The translations under genes were made by a program, and so were the position numbers. A stretch of DNA of 64,000 nucleotides from Octopus vulgaris. Lineage: Eukaryota. Positions 28,995 to 42,572 of this stretch are shown here, piece after piece. The DNA is taken from the NCBI GenBank assembly GCA_951406725.2, contig OX597825.1, positions 21,948,001-22,012,000 of the forward strand. Direction: 5' to 3'. Position 1 is the stretch's first letter. Each line of letters opens with the position of its first letter. The notes beneath the pieces were generated by a model, which was not told where the DNA came from, made no database searches, and saw only the letters and a list, made by a program, of their open reading frames with translations.

Positions 28995-30190
28995 GCCAGT
29001 TACTTTATTTCTATTTTCAATTGTTCCCAGAAAGTAGAGTAGTATTTGTCATTACACGAATGAATAGAACCGGAAAACGTATTTAATATAGTAGAATTAT
29101 ACAGGCGAGGGATAGCGTAGGATTCTTTTATGCACATTCTACATCTAGCCATAATGGTATTGGATGTGGCTGGAGGGGACTCATCTATAATAGTCCAAGA
29201 TAATGTATAAAGTGATGTTTTGTAATTTTAAATCATGTTGAGCCTTTGTGTTTTCGCTTATTGAAAGAATTAAGATGAGTCATATTCCGTGTCTTAAAAT
29301 CTAAGGTGTCTCTTATATTTACTCTTACTTGATGTTTGCCATTTGCCACGCTGTATTTTTAAATTACGCTTTTACATAAAGGAAATCCACCAAGCGAACA
29401 TAATTCGGGGACTCTACAGCTACATGTTTTCACATTCTTATCTGTAATGTTACTCGGATTTATTAAGTTTGAGGCGAGTTGGCTTAGTTTAGTTGGGATT
29501 GTCTGCGTTTAGATTTAGATAGAATTACATTTATTGGTTTATTTATATTATTTGGACTAATATTGGGTGCCATACGATGCTCTGAGCTTTTAGTCCTTTG
29601 AATTAGGGGTTTATTTCTATTTATAGATGCAATAATAGATCACAAATTAAACGTAGCAAGGTAAAATAATTTTATAGAGTATGTGTTATATATAGGGTAA
29701 TATTTGTGGTGCTTAGGAAAATTTAATTCCAGAATCTTAAAGAAAAGACTTGGAAAATTTTGGCAGTGAGAGAAAATGGGTGGGAGATGGTGTGGAATCA
29801 ACCAAATAATTGCTCTTTTTCTAGATCCAGTGTGTGTTACTACATTAGGATGTTCAGATGTACAGGGTTTATATTTGTTACGAATACTAAAAAGTACTTT
29901 ATCAAGTTTAGTATTGTTACCAAAGGTTTGTTTTTTTTTATAAGTTTATAATTTAAGGAAGAAATCGTTGCAATAAATTCAGGATTAATGTCAGATGAGA
30001 TATTTGCTAATCTGGTTTTGTGTTTGGTGTCGGAGATGTAGAAAATATGATCATGAAAGCCGCTTAATATTAGGGCTTGATTATAAAACGGGACATTTGC
30101 ATTAAAGTTCTCCGCGTTTGACGATGAGTTGGTGATTTTAATAGAAATGGCCGTAATGATACTATCGGGGGTTAATTTAGGATGGTTACA
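28995..30190 (-). mobile_element. Penelope-like element fragment (RT C-terminus, linker, GIY-YIG endonuclease), decayed
   Basis: Minus-strand translation: HPK...ISIKITNSSSNAENFNANVPFYNQALILSGF; RKRAIIW; NFPKHHKYYPIYNTYSIKLFY; KTCSCRVPELCSLGG..CKSVI; FKTRNMTHLNSF; SWTII; CRMCIKE. This is the motif order of PLE ORFs with a Cys-rich linker; stops and frameshifts are present. Confidence 0.8.
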
Positions 30191-30884
30191 CACACACACA
30201 CACACACACATACACACACACACACGCACACCCACACACATATAAATATATATATGTATATTTATTTGTATAGATGGATAAATGGTAGTTATTTGATAGT
30301 AACAGAATCTGTGCGGTGAAAAAACAGAAGCCATGCTGTAATATATTTATTAAAATTCAAAGAAATATTATTGAAAAGCTCGAGTCATTATATAGCTTTT
30401 TAAAATTCCATTTGACGTTTACAAATAACAAGAGGCGTTCATTATTCATAGCAGAAAGACGTGGCCCTACTATAAGTGACAATTGATGAAGAATTATATT
30501 CCCAAGAATGGACAGCATTGCTATGACAAGTGAATATCATTTATAGATATTTGGACATACAATGCTGACACATAGCTCTAAAATGCCAATGAACTTTATT
30601 CCATGCTGCTTTTCAAAACAGATGGATAATCATCTGCAGATTGAAACATACGAATAGACAGGCACACAATAAATGTGTAAATTGGAAAATGTAACAAATA
30701 ACACACACGCAAGCAGTTATGCAACACAATCGAATACTGACCGAAACCGCGTGATTGCAAAGCAGATTTCTTAAGTATTTGCCTATATTACACTTACAGG
30801 ATCAATATTAGGTCACACGTATACAGGCAGAAACATGGAAAGTCACAATAAACTCATGCAAGAAACTTTATATACATGCATACC

Positions 30885-30916
<32 letters not shown>

Positions 30917-30930
30917 TGTGTGTGTGTCTA

Positions 30931-31011
<81 letters not shown>

Positions 31012-31046
31012 CAAAGTGTACGTTCGCCAATATATATATATATATA

Positions 31047-31190
31047 CGAAATACAAAAGGGACAAGGGGACAAGAACGCAAAACATTCGGGCAACTATGT
31101 GATACAAAAACAGACAACAAAACATCCAGATAGCATCGAATGTATACGAAAACAAGGACGAAAAACAGACGATGTTACACGAATATGAAT
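31047..31190. repeat. (TA)n-associated repeat, related to 38283-38390
   Basis: Shared gacaaga...caaaacat...gacaacaaaacatccaga...aaaacaaggacg; both start directly after (TA)n. Confidence 0.65.
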
Positions 31191-31249
31191 ACACAACTGT
31201 GGGTGTGTGTAATTTTGTGTCATACAAAGTGCATTGATATTTATGTTGC

Positions 31250-31440
31250 AGGACCGTTTGCACGCAGGGCGAAATGCTTAGCGGCATTCCGTCCGTATTT
31301 CTGTTCTAGTACACCTTCCACCGTGGTCTGCTTTGCCTTTCATCATTTCCGAGTATGTAGCAGTTGAGCACTGGGTTCGATGATATCGACGTGCCTTCAC
31401 CCCCGAAGCTCCTGGTCTTGTGCCAAAATTTGAAACTGAT
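31250..31440 (+). mobile_element. SINE family C, degenerate
   Basis: gggcgaaatgcttagcggcattccgtc...ctttgcctttcatc...gtgccaaaatttgaaac. Confidence 0.65.
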
Positions 31441-32049
31441 ATTTCCATTGGAGATGGTATGAGATTTTTGATTTACATCAACATATATTTACGGTCGGAC
31501 GTTTTTCTTTCTTTTCTGTCAGCTTCTCCTTCTACCTTAAAATATTTCAAGATAACTTTGGCCATACCTTTTAACATTTTTGTTTTTGTCTTTATCTTCT
31601 TAGCTTCATCTTAAGCAGATACTGCGATGCTGTTGAATATACAGATACCGTATCTGATTATCATTTACAATTCATAGCGTTTGATTTGTTCAGCATTAAT
31701 AAAGAAGGATCTTGTGATAGTATCTTTTCTCCAAGATTTAAAGAATGTTAATTTTGTTTGCCTTCTCTTCAGAATATGTATTCCATGTTCGATATGCTAA
31801 TTGAACAGGAATACAGGCGTCACAAACAGTGCAATGCTTGAAATTTAGTTCTACGTAAAATTATTGCAGACAATAATAGAAGTACGACGCACGACGTCCA
31901 AAGTATTGCGAGATCTTTCTCAGTAGACTCACATATACTCTTACATACGTACACACATCTATACGTCCACGCTCACATATATGTGCGTGTGGGTTTATAT
32001 GTCCATATGCGTGTTCGTACGTATATATGTGTGTATGTATATGTGAGTG

Positions 32050-32098
<49 letters not shown>

Positions 32099-32274
32099 CA
32101 ATTAATAAATGGCAAAAGTACAGGGATTTCGTTATCACCGCGCTATGTAATAAGCCAGTCTTGCGCTCTGTATTTTCCAGAAGCTTCACTCTGCAACATA
32201 ACTATATTGAGTTCTAAAAACTGCCTGTTAGTATCAGTTAGCCTAAGTAGTTATTATATATATATATATATACA

Positions 32275-32429
32275 CACATTTTTTCTCCCTTTGTTTATTT
32301 TCTGTCCCCTTCTGTAGAAGAGCGTAGGATCGAAACGTAAAAGCCTTTTTCTATTCCTGAGCGTTATACCAATACATCTGTTTGTTTTGTACACCACCTG
32401 TCTTTGTCTTTTGTTTCTTTCGTAAACAC

Positions 32430-32432
<3 letters not shown>
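32275..32432 (+). repeat. Short (TA)n-embedded repeat, Penelope-terminus-like
   Basis: Lies between two (TA)n tracts and contains tagaagagcgtaggatcgaaacgta, a degenerate hammerhead-like GAnGA...GAAACGUA pattern. Confidence 0.45.
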
Positions 32433-32481
<49 letters not shown>

Positions 32482-32641
32482 TCCAAACACCTTCTACTTC
32501 TACAAACACAACATATATACACAAATGCTCCAAGAATTTAACCAAAGTAATAAAAGTAAAGCATACACTAAGGAACACAGATGTGTATGAATAATATTCC
32601 CTTATATTAATATTTTGTTATTGTTATTATTATTATTATTA

Positions 32642-33656
32642 CTTTTTTTTTCTTCTTTCAAATTTGCTTCCATTTCTTGGCGAGTGGCTTCCTGACTCCT
32701 AGGGCAAAGAAACTCATAGTATACATTGGTAGGCCATTAAACCAAACTCAATAGTTCTCTCATTTAAAAAAAAAAAATTTTTTTAAAGTTAAATTAAAAT
32801 ACATGAGCAGCAACAGTTCTCACATCGACAATGCTCTTCTCAATACGTGCGATGTACCAGTTAAGACAATCTTTTGCACTTCTTGCAGGGATGGTAAGCC
32901 AGGGATCATTCTCATATAATTTTCGGTTCCCTTCTTGATCATTCCTAGTGCTCCTACGATCACTGGTATTGTAACCGCCTTGAGATGCCACATTTTCTCA
33001 ATTTCAATGAGTAGGTCTTTATATTTTCTGAGCTTGTCAAACTCTTTCGCTGAGTAATTATGATCACAGGGGATGCTCATGTCGATCAATAAGCAAACTT
33101 TATTGTTTTGGTCTTTCACAACAATATCTGGTTTATTGGCCTTGATGGTTCGGTCTGTATGTACTGGAAAGTCCCACAGAATGGTTACATTTTCTCCTTC
33201 AGTTACAGCCTCAGGGTGGTGATTATATCACTTGTCGGCAGTTTTGATATTGTAATGCCGACTTATTAGCCAGTGTAAATATTGGCCAACTCTGTCATGT
33301 CTTAATTTATACTCCACTGGTGCTAAGACTTTACATCCAGAGATTAGGTGGTCCTCTGTTTCAATCATGTCGTTGCAGAATCGGCATTTTGGGTCTGCTC
33401 CATTTTTCATCACATTGGCCTGGTAGTTCCGGGTTAATAGGCTTTGATCTTGAGCAGCCAGGATGAAACCTTCGCTCTCTGCTTTTAGCCCTGAGCTCCG
33501 TAGCCACTGATGGGTTTGCTTCTGGTCAACATCAGCTTGTTTGCTGCGGGTTACATATTTGCCGTGCAGAGGTTTCTCCTCCCACCTATCAGCCAATTGC
33601 TTGTGCGCTTTTTTCGTTGCCATCATTTTCACCTTCTTTGCAACAATAGTTGCCGA
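32642..33656 (-). mobile_element. R4/Dong-like LINE 3' 1 kb (family C): CCHC finger, REL endonuclease, 3' UTR
   Basis: One frame from ~33655 to 32820 with a single TGA at 33228-33230 (TADK*YNHHPE). Motifs LHGKY, SEGFILAAQDQSL, CRFC..ETEDHLISGC, RHD, ILWDFPVHTDRTIKANKPDIVV..LLIDMSIP. (TTA)n on both sides. Confidence 0.95.
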
Positions 33657-33715
<59 letters not shown>

Positions 33716-33834
33716 CATTACTATTATTATGCTGATGATGATGATGATGATTATTATTATTATTATCATTATTATTATTATTATCATTACTATTATTATG
33801 CTGATGATGATGATGATGATGATTATTATTATTA

Positions 33835-33892
<58 letters not shown>

Positions 33893-34400
33893 TCAGTAGC
33901 TTTATTTTTATAGCGAGCTTTCACTTCACTACCGAGCGCAGCTCTGTGTGCCTTGGGTATGTGCTGTGATTTGTTGTGATGCTCTGATGGTTATTGTATG
34001 GAAAGTGTGCAGTGCCTAGTAGTGCAATTTTCTGTATGTTATATGTGTTTGTAAGTCCTGGTGTTTTTGTTATGTATTTGTCTGAATATTTTTTTATTAT
34101 GCCTAATGCACCTACTATGATAGGAATTGTTTCTGTTTTCAGATTCCACATTCTAGTTACCTCTATTTCCAGGTCTTTGTATTTTGAGAGTTTCTCCATT
34201 TCTTTTAGAGACACGTTGTCATCAGCCGGTATTGATACATCAATTAGAAAGCATTTTTTTTCTTCATGATCTCTGACAACTATATCTGATCTGTTGGCCT
34301 TAATTTCTCTATCTGTGTGTATCGGCATATCCCAGAGTATGGTTGCTTTCTCGTTTTCTGTGACCTTTTCTGGTGTGTGCCTATACAATCTTTTTCTGTT
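33893..34400 (-). mobile_element. R4/Dong-like LINE 3' end (family E)
   Basis: ORF 33921-34388: ILWDMPIHTDREIKANRSDIVV..FLIDVSIP..EKLSKYKDLEIE..IQKIALLGTAH. Short UTR with aataaa; (TTA)n on both sides. Confidence 0.92.
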
Positions 34401-34436
34401 GTTATTCCATTATTATTACTATTATTATTATTATTA

Positions 34437-34491
<55 letters not shown>

Positions 34492-34526
34492 CATTATTAT
34501 TATCATTATATAATCATTACAGCTAT

Positions 34527-34775
34527 AGGGTAAAATATTATTAATTTAATAAAATTAACAAATTTTACCAATAGGTTTTCGATATGGAAAAGAACCATAT
34601 TCGATAAAAACTTATACAAAAAGTTTTTTTATATATAATTATAAAAATAATTAAGGGTTTAACAAATAGTTGCTTGACCACATACTGAAAATTTTAGAAA
34701 TAGCAGCCAAAATTTTGCTATTTCTAAAGTTTTAAGTATGTGGTCAATCAACTTGTTGCTAAACCCTTAATTATT
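34527..34775. repeat. Repeat with 60-bp-arm hairpin, related to the 644-bp unit
   Basis: 34646-34705 is inverted at 34716-34774. The arm ttgcttgaccacatactgaaa...tagaaatagcag matches 20885-20920. Confidence 0.75.
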
Positions 34776-34855
34776 GTTATAATTGTGTGTGTATATATAT
34801 GTATATATATATATTGCACGATTTATTCGCTATCAGAATTGTTCGAAAACCGAGG

Positions 34856-34960
<105 letters not shown>

Positions 34961-35207
34961 CACAGTGTTGTCCAAAAGTCACCCGACAATAAACCAAGAT
35001 TCCAAATATACTTACTGTAAATTTGTATTAACTCGAATGGAAAAATGTATCGCTCAAGGACTTCGGTTTCAATATGTTTCATATTTAGATGCTTTTATTA
35101 AAATTCATTCATTCGTCAAACAGATAAATCTTGGAGTTAAATTGTTTTGATTTACTGCCAGGTGACTTTTGACACACATACACACACACCCACACACACA
35201 AACACAC

Positions 35208-35282
<75 letters not shown>

Positions 35283-35427
35283 ATAGAACCTCGGTTTTCG
35301 AACAACTCTGATCACGAATAAATCGTAATTTATCTCCTGTCTTTCTCATATTTATTTAATACAGTAATACCTAGGTTTACGAAGTTCTCTGATCTCGAAT
35401 AAATTTTGATTAATATCTATCTATCTG

Positions 35428-35497
<70 letters not shown>

Positions 35498-35733
35498 CAT
35501 CCATCAATATACATAAAGTCACCCAACAGTAAATCAAAATTCCAAATATACTGTTTGTAAATTTGTATTGACTCGAATGGAAAAATGTATCGCTCAAGGA
35601 CTTCAGTTTGAATAATTTTCATTATGTTTCATATTTAGATGATTTTATTAAAATTCATTCAGTTGTGAAACAGATAAATCTTGGAATTAAATTATTTTGA
35701 TTTACTGCCAGTTGACTTTTGACCAGCCCCGTA
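34961..35733. mobile_element. Two copies of a ~215 bp Tc1/mariner-type MITE (34961-35176, 35515-35733) with intervening pogo/Tigger-like TIR fragments
   Basis: The copies share aatttgtatt.actcgaatggaaaaatgtatcgctcaaggacttc. Ends are caaaagtcacccgacaataaa versus tttactgccaggtgacttttg. cagtag-type termini occur at 35281, 35362 and, reversed, at 34815-34861. Confidence 0.7.
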
Positions 35734-36329
35734 TATATATGGGTGAGAGAGTCGGTACATGAAAGTACGTGGTTGGATATATAAATAAAAAAAATAGAGC
35801 GAAAAAACTAAAGAAGGCCTGTGTGATATGGTTAAAGAATATATTTAAATCGTCATGTTAGAAAAACGTTATAAAATTTTGTGTTTTGTAGCATTGTTTT
35901 TTTGAGAAATTTCCAGTTTTGTATTTTCTTTTAAATTTCTCAAATTTCTTTACCGATATTGAGTCATCTCTTCACTATGGTGTGAAGTCGGAGAGTTACA
36001 GACTTGGGGAGGTAATCAGGGATGTATTCGGTATAATGTAGATAATCAGCAATGTTGGGTATGATTAGATTATATTAATTTAACATGATTTGGTTTCGAT
36101 AGAATAGAATGTTAGAAGTGGTTAAGTTTTGCTTTATACTTTTTCAATGAGTACGTTTCCGTATTTAAAAGTGCTAGAAATGGTTAAACTTTAGCTTATA
36201 TTTTTCAATGAAGTAGGTTTCCTTGTTCAAGCTAATTTGTTTTGGTGTTCCAATTGCACTTTGATTAAAATAGAAAAATTACCAATATTGGTAGCAGTTG
36301 CTTCATGCATCTCTCAATATGTTTCCTAT

Positions 36330-36422
<93 letters not shown>

Positions 36423-36788
36423 AAGATTGGCACTGGAACGCACATAAATATACATTAAAGCATGCCTTTGTGTAAAGATATTCAAGAAAAGGTTCGAACA
36501 TTAACTGAAATATAGTAACAAATATCCTTTTTAAGCAAAACTGACAGTAATTCCAATGTTTGTGTATCAGCTTTGTCTGTGTAAGAAAAACAAAGAAGTG
36601 ATGTAGTCGGCTTTTATATTTTCTTCCGTCTTTTGTGTGGAAGGTAATAACTGGTTTCTAGGTGTGGTTTAGTATATTTTTAGAAATGTAAAACCTATCC
36701 TAATGAATTCTTTGTACGGATAATAGTTTGAATACTTAAATGTATCGAATGATTCCTCATTTAATATTCCACTCTTTTTACTATAACA

Positions 36789-36881
<93 letters not shown>

Positions 36882-36907
36882 CATACATACATATATATAT
36901 ATACATA

Positions 36908-36963
<56 letters not shown>

Positions 36964-37139
36964 CATCAAAAGTTACAAGTGTTTTGGTTTCCTGCTGAAT
37001 AAACTTGAAAAGGGAACTCGCTCTATCAAATCCAGAGAAAAGTTATTTGTTGAATTAGATAAAATAATTAACCTCATTTCAAAGCAAACTGAAACAAATA
37101 CTGAACAAAAGACGAAAATATATGTAGCTCTGTGCGTAC

Positions 37140-37373
37140 TGATGGAGTAGATAAAACAGGGGACACCTGATGAAGGGCATGTTCTTTAAGTTGCCTGTCC
37201 CGTTCATATACTTATTTCTTATATTGATAGAAAAGGTTCGCTTTCCATGTTTTTGATATTTATGTTCTCGGTTCTCATTTTGTTCATGTTTTTTGACGTC
37301 CTGCACCCATATATGGATGTATATATACATACATATTCGGGCATGTACATATGTGTGTATATACACACACGCA

Positions 37374-37439
<66 letters not shown>

Positions 37440-38065
37440 CTACATTTATTATCGAACGCCACGCATGCATTTCCAGGTAGGTTTTATCTTAATAATTACG
37501 ATGCGCACACTACAACCTATCCCTATTCTATTTCCTACTCTCGTTATCCTTCCTTTCTGTTTTCTCTCCCACCCTTCCTCTAATTCTTCTCCTTTCACCT
37601 TAAGCATTCTCTCTTCATCCCTCACTCTACTTCCTTGAGTCTCTCATTGCGCACAGGTGACCAACGGCCATCCATCTATTTTTCCCACTTCCTTCGTAAA
37701 GACAAGACGGGTTTTGCCTGTCTCTTCTCAAAGCTCTTTTCTCCAGCGTTCAACACTTCACCTCGTTATGGCGTAACAGCCTTCACCGTTTGCTTTTAAG
37801 GCTTGGTTCTTAATGTCTTATTTTTATTACCACTTTAACCCTCGGCAAAAAGATCCCAACTTTTATTGAATTTGCTGTGCAGGAAGGACTGTTTTAAGAA
37901 AGTCGCGCCTTGTCCCTTCCTTCGAAACGCGGAGTAGATTAAACAGGAGACAACTGATGAAGTGAATGTTCGTTTTCCATGGTTTTGTTTTTATGTTCTC
38001 GTTTGTAATTTTGTTCACTTTTTTTGACGACTTGTACTCATATATGTATGGATATATACATACAT
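37140..38065 (+). repeat. Diverged direct repeats (37140-37335, 37930-38065), each ending in (TA)n; Penelope pseudo-LTR-like
   Basis: Shared ggagtagat.aaacagg.gaca.ctgatgaag...gttcg.tttccatg...ttttgacg...catatat. Confidence 0.6.
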
Positions 38066-38069
38066 AATT

Positions 38070-38117
<48 letters not shown>

Positions 38118-38165
38118 AATGTATGTATATGTATACATACATATATATATGTGTGTGTGTGTGTG

Positions 38166-38282
<117 letters not shown>

Positions 38283-38980
38283 GAAGGTGTACCAAAATGA
38301 GACAAGAGCTCAAAACATCTAGACAGTTAGATGATACTAAAACGGGACAACAAAACATCCAGACAGACGGTACGAAAAAAACAAGGACGGGTCTTTCGGA
38401 GTTTTCTTTCTTCAGTCGAGTTCCTCATTATCTTTGCAATTTCGCCTGATTATACTCGAGATTGCTCCAATCTGGCCAGCCACAAAAAAAACTAATCTAA
38501 GAGCACCAGATTCCCTGGAAGAAAGCAGCGAATATAACAAGGACGGAAAAACGGAGAAATAGTACACAAATACAAATAACAGTACATTAACAACAGGTGT
38601 CTTTCGACTAAGGCCGAAGTGAATTAATCTGGCGTGTGTGGATGTGCAGCCCCACGACAGGGACATACGATATTACAGTCATAGGGAGGAATATATATGT
38701 GTTGCACGGAAAGAAAGAACCAAGAAAGAATGGTCAGGCTTGGCCGAACACCGTTCACGTGGGAGAGAAGAAAGAAAGGTAGAGGCAGAGGGATAGAAGA
38801 ATTAGGAAGCGACGAGAAAAAAGAAAAGGGACAGAGTGAAGTGAAAGAGGAAGGAAGGTGAGAATGAAGAGAAGGGTAGGAAATGTGAGAGAATGGAAAA
38901 TGAAGAAGAGTGGAAAGAACGAAGTGTGAAGGGGCTGATAAAAAGAAGGAAAGAATAAAAGAATAATAGAGTGGTACATA

Positions 38981-38985
<5 letters not shown>
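38283..38985. repeat. (TA)n-embedded interspersed repeat, unclassified
   Basis: Bounded by long (TA)n tracts; start shared with 31047-31190. The minus strand has ctgaagaaagaaaactccgaaa. Confidence 0.5.
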
Positions 38986-39021
<36 letters not shown>

Positions 39022-39075
39022 TACATTTAAGAGACCAAAGTGTACGTACACTACTATATACATATATATACATAC

Positions 39076-39107
<32 letters not shown>

Positions 39108-39177
39108 ATATACATGTATATATATGTTCAAATATATTACGTATATACACTTATACATATACATATACATGTATACA

Positions 39178-39211
<34 letters not shown>

Positions 39212-39779
39212 CATGCACGTATATATATTTATATGTATGTATATGTATATATATGAATTCTTAACGTCATACGTCAAATACATAATTTGAATATATTTTG
39301 AACTCAAGGAAATACGCAGGAAGTACGAAAACAATGCCTATAATTAATTGGAATTGCCTGTTAAAGCTAATCTTATGAAATGCTAAATAAACCATCTAGC
39401 TTAGAATGCTTTGAAAACCAGAATCATAATTCATTTTGTGTAGAATCAAAATCAGCAATCAGCTATTTTCATCTCAAGTAAATGAAATTGTGAAAAGCGA
39501 GACAGTTTAGAATTATGAGCGTTTGAAATTGGTCCTACACTGTAATTGTAAGAGTACATTTTAGTTGGCGCCGTTGCTATTCATACATGAAGTTGAGTAT
39601 TGAAAAAGATGACACATTTTTAGAACATGAGTGTAAACAAGAGTTTGTATAACCCGTGCTGATCATAGCAGTATTAAAGTGCAGAAACTGCTAAATGCCA
39701 TGGGTAATGACAATTTGAAGTCAGAGCGTAAAAACTTGAAATATACTGTTCATCGTGTTGCCCGGCCAGCTAACGATTC

Positions 39780-40470
39780 TTTTATACTCTAGACACAATG
39801 CCCGAATTTTTTGGGGGGAGGGAGCCAGTCGATTAGATCGACCCCAGTACACAACTGGTACTTAATTTATTGACCCCGAAAGGATGAAAGGCAAAATCTA
39901 ACTCGGCTGAATTTGAACTCAGAAGTGAAGAACGCTATGCATTTAGCCGGGCGTGCTAACGTTTCTGCCAGCTCGCTGCCTTTGTTGTGTATTTAATTAA
40001 CGTATTTTTTTGCTATGATAAAATTTTCACCTGAGTCTCTTTGCTGTGATTTCAATTTTGGCCAGCAATGTTGTGGAAGGAGTTATGTCGATCACATTGA
40101 CCACAGTACATGACTGATACTTATTTTATCGACCCTGAAGGATGAAAGGCAAAGTCGACCTCGGCAGAATTTGAACGCAGAACGTAAGTACGGACGGAAT
40201 TCCGCTAAGCATTTTGCCCGGCATGCTAACGGTTCCATCAACTTGCAGCCTTCATGTGTATTTAATATCGATTTCAAGTTTTGGTGCCAGGCCAGTAATT
40301 TCATGAGAGTGGGTCAGACGATTACATTGACACCAGTACTAAACAGGTACTTAGGTTATCGACCCCCGAAAGGATGAGAGGTGAAGTTGATCTCAGAACA
40401 TAAAGATGGACGAAATGGTGCCTAGGATTTTGTCGGCGAGCTAACGATTCTGCCAGTTAACCGCCTTATG
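39780..40470 (-). mobile_element. Cluster of three SINE family C copies
   Basis: gaccccgaaaggatga core at ~39872, ~40131 and ~40361, each followed by ctaacg-type head sequence. Confidence 0.8.
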
Positions 40471-40676
40471 TTTACTAAATATTAAAAAAAAATAATACTT
40501 AAACTTTGTTGGATATTAAACGATATCACTCATATATAACCTAATTCATGAAGAATCCAAATTTAAAATGTATTATGAGCCTATTGACTACCAATCAGTG
40601 ACATTTTGAAATAGTTTGTCTAAATAATAATTCATTATCTTAGTGGGGTTAACATGATCAATCTACTTTAACGACA

Positions 40677-40978
40677 ATGTTTGTTCCTTCTCAAGCCATG
40701 CCTATCTCATAGGGCTGGTTTCTCGGTTTCCTTAGCGTATAGATTCCCCACCTGGATAGGACGCCGGTCCCTCGCAGGCGAGCTGCAAGATGCAAGAGGA
40801 AAAAGGGAGAGAAAGTTGTGGCGAAAGTCAGCAGAAATTCGCTATTTCCTTCTGCCAGAGGCGCGTGGATTTTAGGTGTTATGCTCATAAAACACACACA
40901 TTGCCCGGTCTGAGATTCGAACCCGCTATCCCTCGACCGCGAGTCCGCTGTTCTAACCACTAGGCCATGTGCCTCCAC
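40677..40978 (-). mobile_element. tRNA-derived SINE, family B relative with a different central region
   Basis: Minus strand A box tggcctagtgg and B box ggttcgaatc. Perfect 12-bp TSD actttaacgaca at 40665-40676 and 40979-40990. Head and tail resemble 3715-3979. Confidence 0.9.
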
Positions 40979-41374
40979 ACTTTAACGACATACAACACTT
41001 AAATTGACAAGGAGGTTTTAATCAAAACCCAGTGAACTATTAACAATATGGTATTCAATTATTAATTCTATGTAGATTCGTACTTTTATTTTGTACGAAT
41101 TCCCTGTACTCATTTGATTAACAAATATTTTCTACTTGTGATTTAATTTGTATATGTATATATATATTTATGTATATATGATTATTCATATTCGTAAAAG
41201 TTTGTATGTAGATACGTACCTGTGTTAGCTCTCAGATTTGCGGACGTATCTATCGTGGAAATGCATTATTTGGTGTGTAAGCATATAACTAAAGGTGAAG
41301 GAATCGTGTGCGTAAAAGTTGTATACCGTCGTATATGTGCGTATACGTATGAAACTGTTTCTATGTATTTTGTG

Positions 41375-41723
41375 AAGAATAAAATTATTTGAATGATACA
41401 ACAATGCACTATAATATAGACAATGGAAAGGATCGATGGGCCACGCTTTCGCGGTCCGTATTCGTACTGTTGTAATTTAGTCATCAATAGTCTGATATGA
41501 TATTTCGGAATAATATCCGTTCTTCATATATTCTTAGATGGAGTCGTTGCTATAATCGGCATTCCAATGGCTTTTCTTGTTTATTATAAAATCTGAGAAT
41601 ATCTGAAGAAGGAATATTATTCCGAAATATCATATCAGACTATGGATAACTAAATTACAACAGGTATGTGGCCCATTGTCTATATGATAGTGCATTGTTG
41701 TACCATTCAAACATTTTATTCTT
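41375..41723. repeat. Inverted repeat, Penelope-terminus-like
   Basis: 41375-41538 versus 41592-41723 are reverse complements with indels. Confidence 0.8.
41592..41640 (+). ncRNA. Minimal type I hammerhead ribozyme motif
   Basis: tctgagaatat-CTGAAGA-a-ggaa-tatta-ttcc-GAAA-ta-TC-atatcaga. Both core boxes are present, with a 4-bp stem II, a palindromic minimal stem III (ATAT) and stem I (atat/atat plus tctg/caga). Confidence 0.65.
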
Positions 41724-42572
41724 TAAAAACAATACCCAATGCTTCAAGCGAATTACAATAGTCTCTTACTATTTTGTGAATAAATCACTAGGTTTTGATT
41801 AACAGCACCTAGTCTATTTAGGTGTTGTATGTTGTAAAGTAGACTGATCCTATGAACTCCACAACGACTGAAAATCGAATGTATAAAGTTCAGGTGAAAT
41901 GAAAGAGCTGCATTGCGAATGTTTGATACTATGAATCTTGTATAATGTATAAAAGTTCAATGAAGTTCTAATTCAAATATTTGACGTTCCATGCCATATA
42001 TTGTTTGTATCATTAAATTCGACGAACATTCACTTGATCTCACATGTTAAAGTTCATCAGAAAACGCTAATGTAACACTAGAAATCAGGCTGGAAACATC
42101 TCAAGTTTTAAAAGAATTATTGACTAAATTCCAACGATTAAGTAATGCGTAGCTGACGTAGTAGCGACCACTGTTCAATGAGGGTTAAGCGTATGATGAG
42201 CTGACTGAGTTCACCTGCCACTTTGTACTGTCATTGTGTATCACCGACGGCAAAAACGTCATTTGGAAAGATAGGATGTTGATGACATTTATTCATTTCC
42301 CCTCTTTTAAATTATGAAGAGAGATAACAAATCAATACAAATGATAATTATTGTTATGCATAATATTCTCTCATTCATCACCATAAATTTCTAGCAGAGC
42401 AGCAGCAGCATAATTAAAGGCATTTTAAATTCAGTGCTCAACTTAATTTTCTGAATGACAACCCGACAGCTAACTAAGATTGTTTCTAAATCGGTTGCGA
42501 ACGAATGTAAGCACAAGCAACAATTTCCATTAGACTTTCTGTTCCTATATAAAGATAGTAAATGAATTATTA

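Noticed and set aside
40900-40978. tRNA gene-like sequence (also 3715-3790)
   Set aside because: A and B boxes are present but there is no proper acceptor stem; it continues into a SINE body with TSDs.
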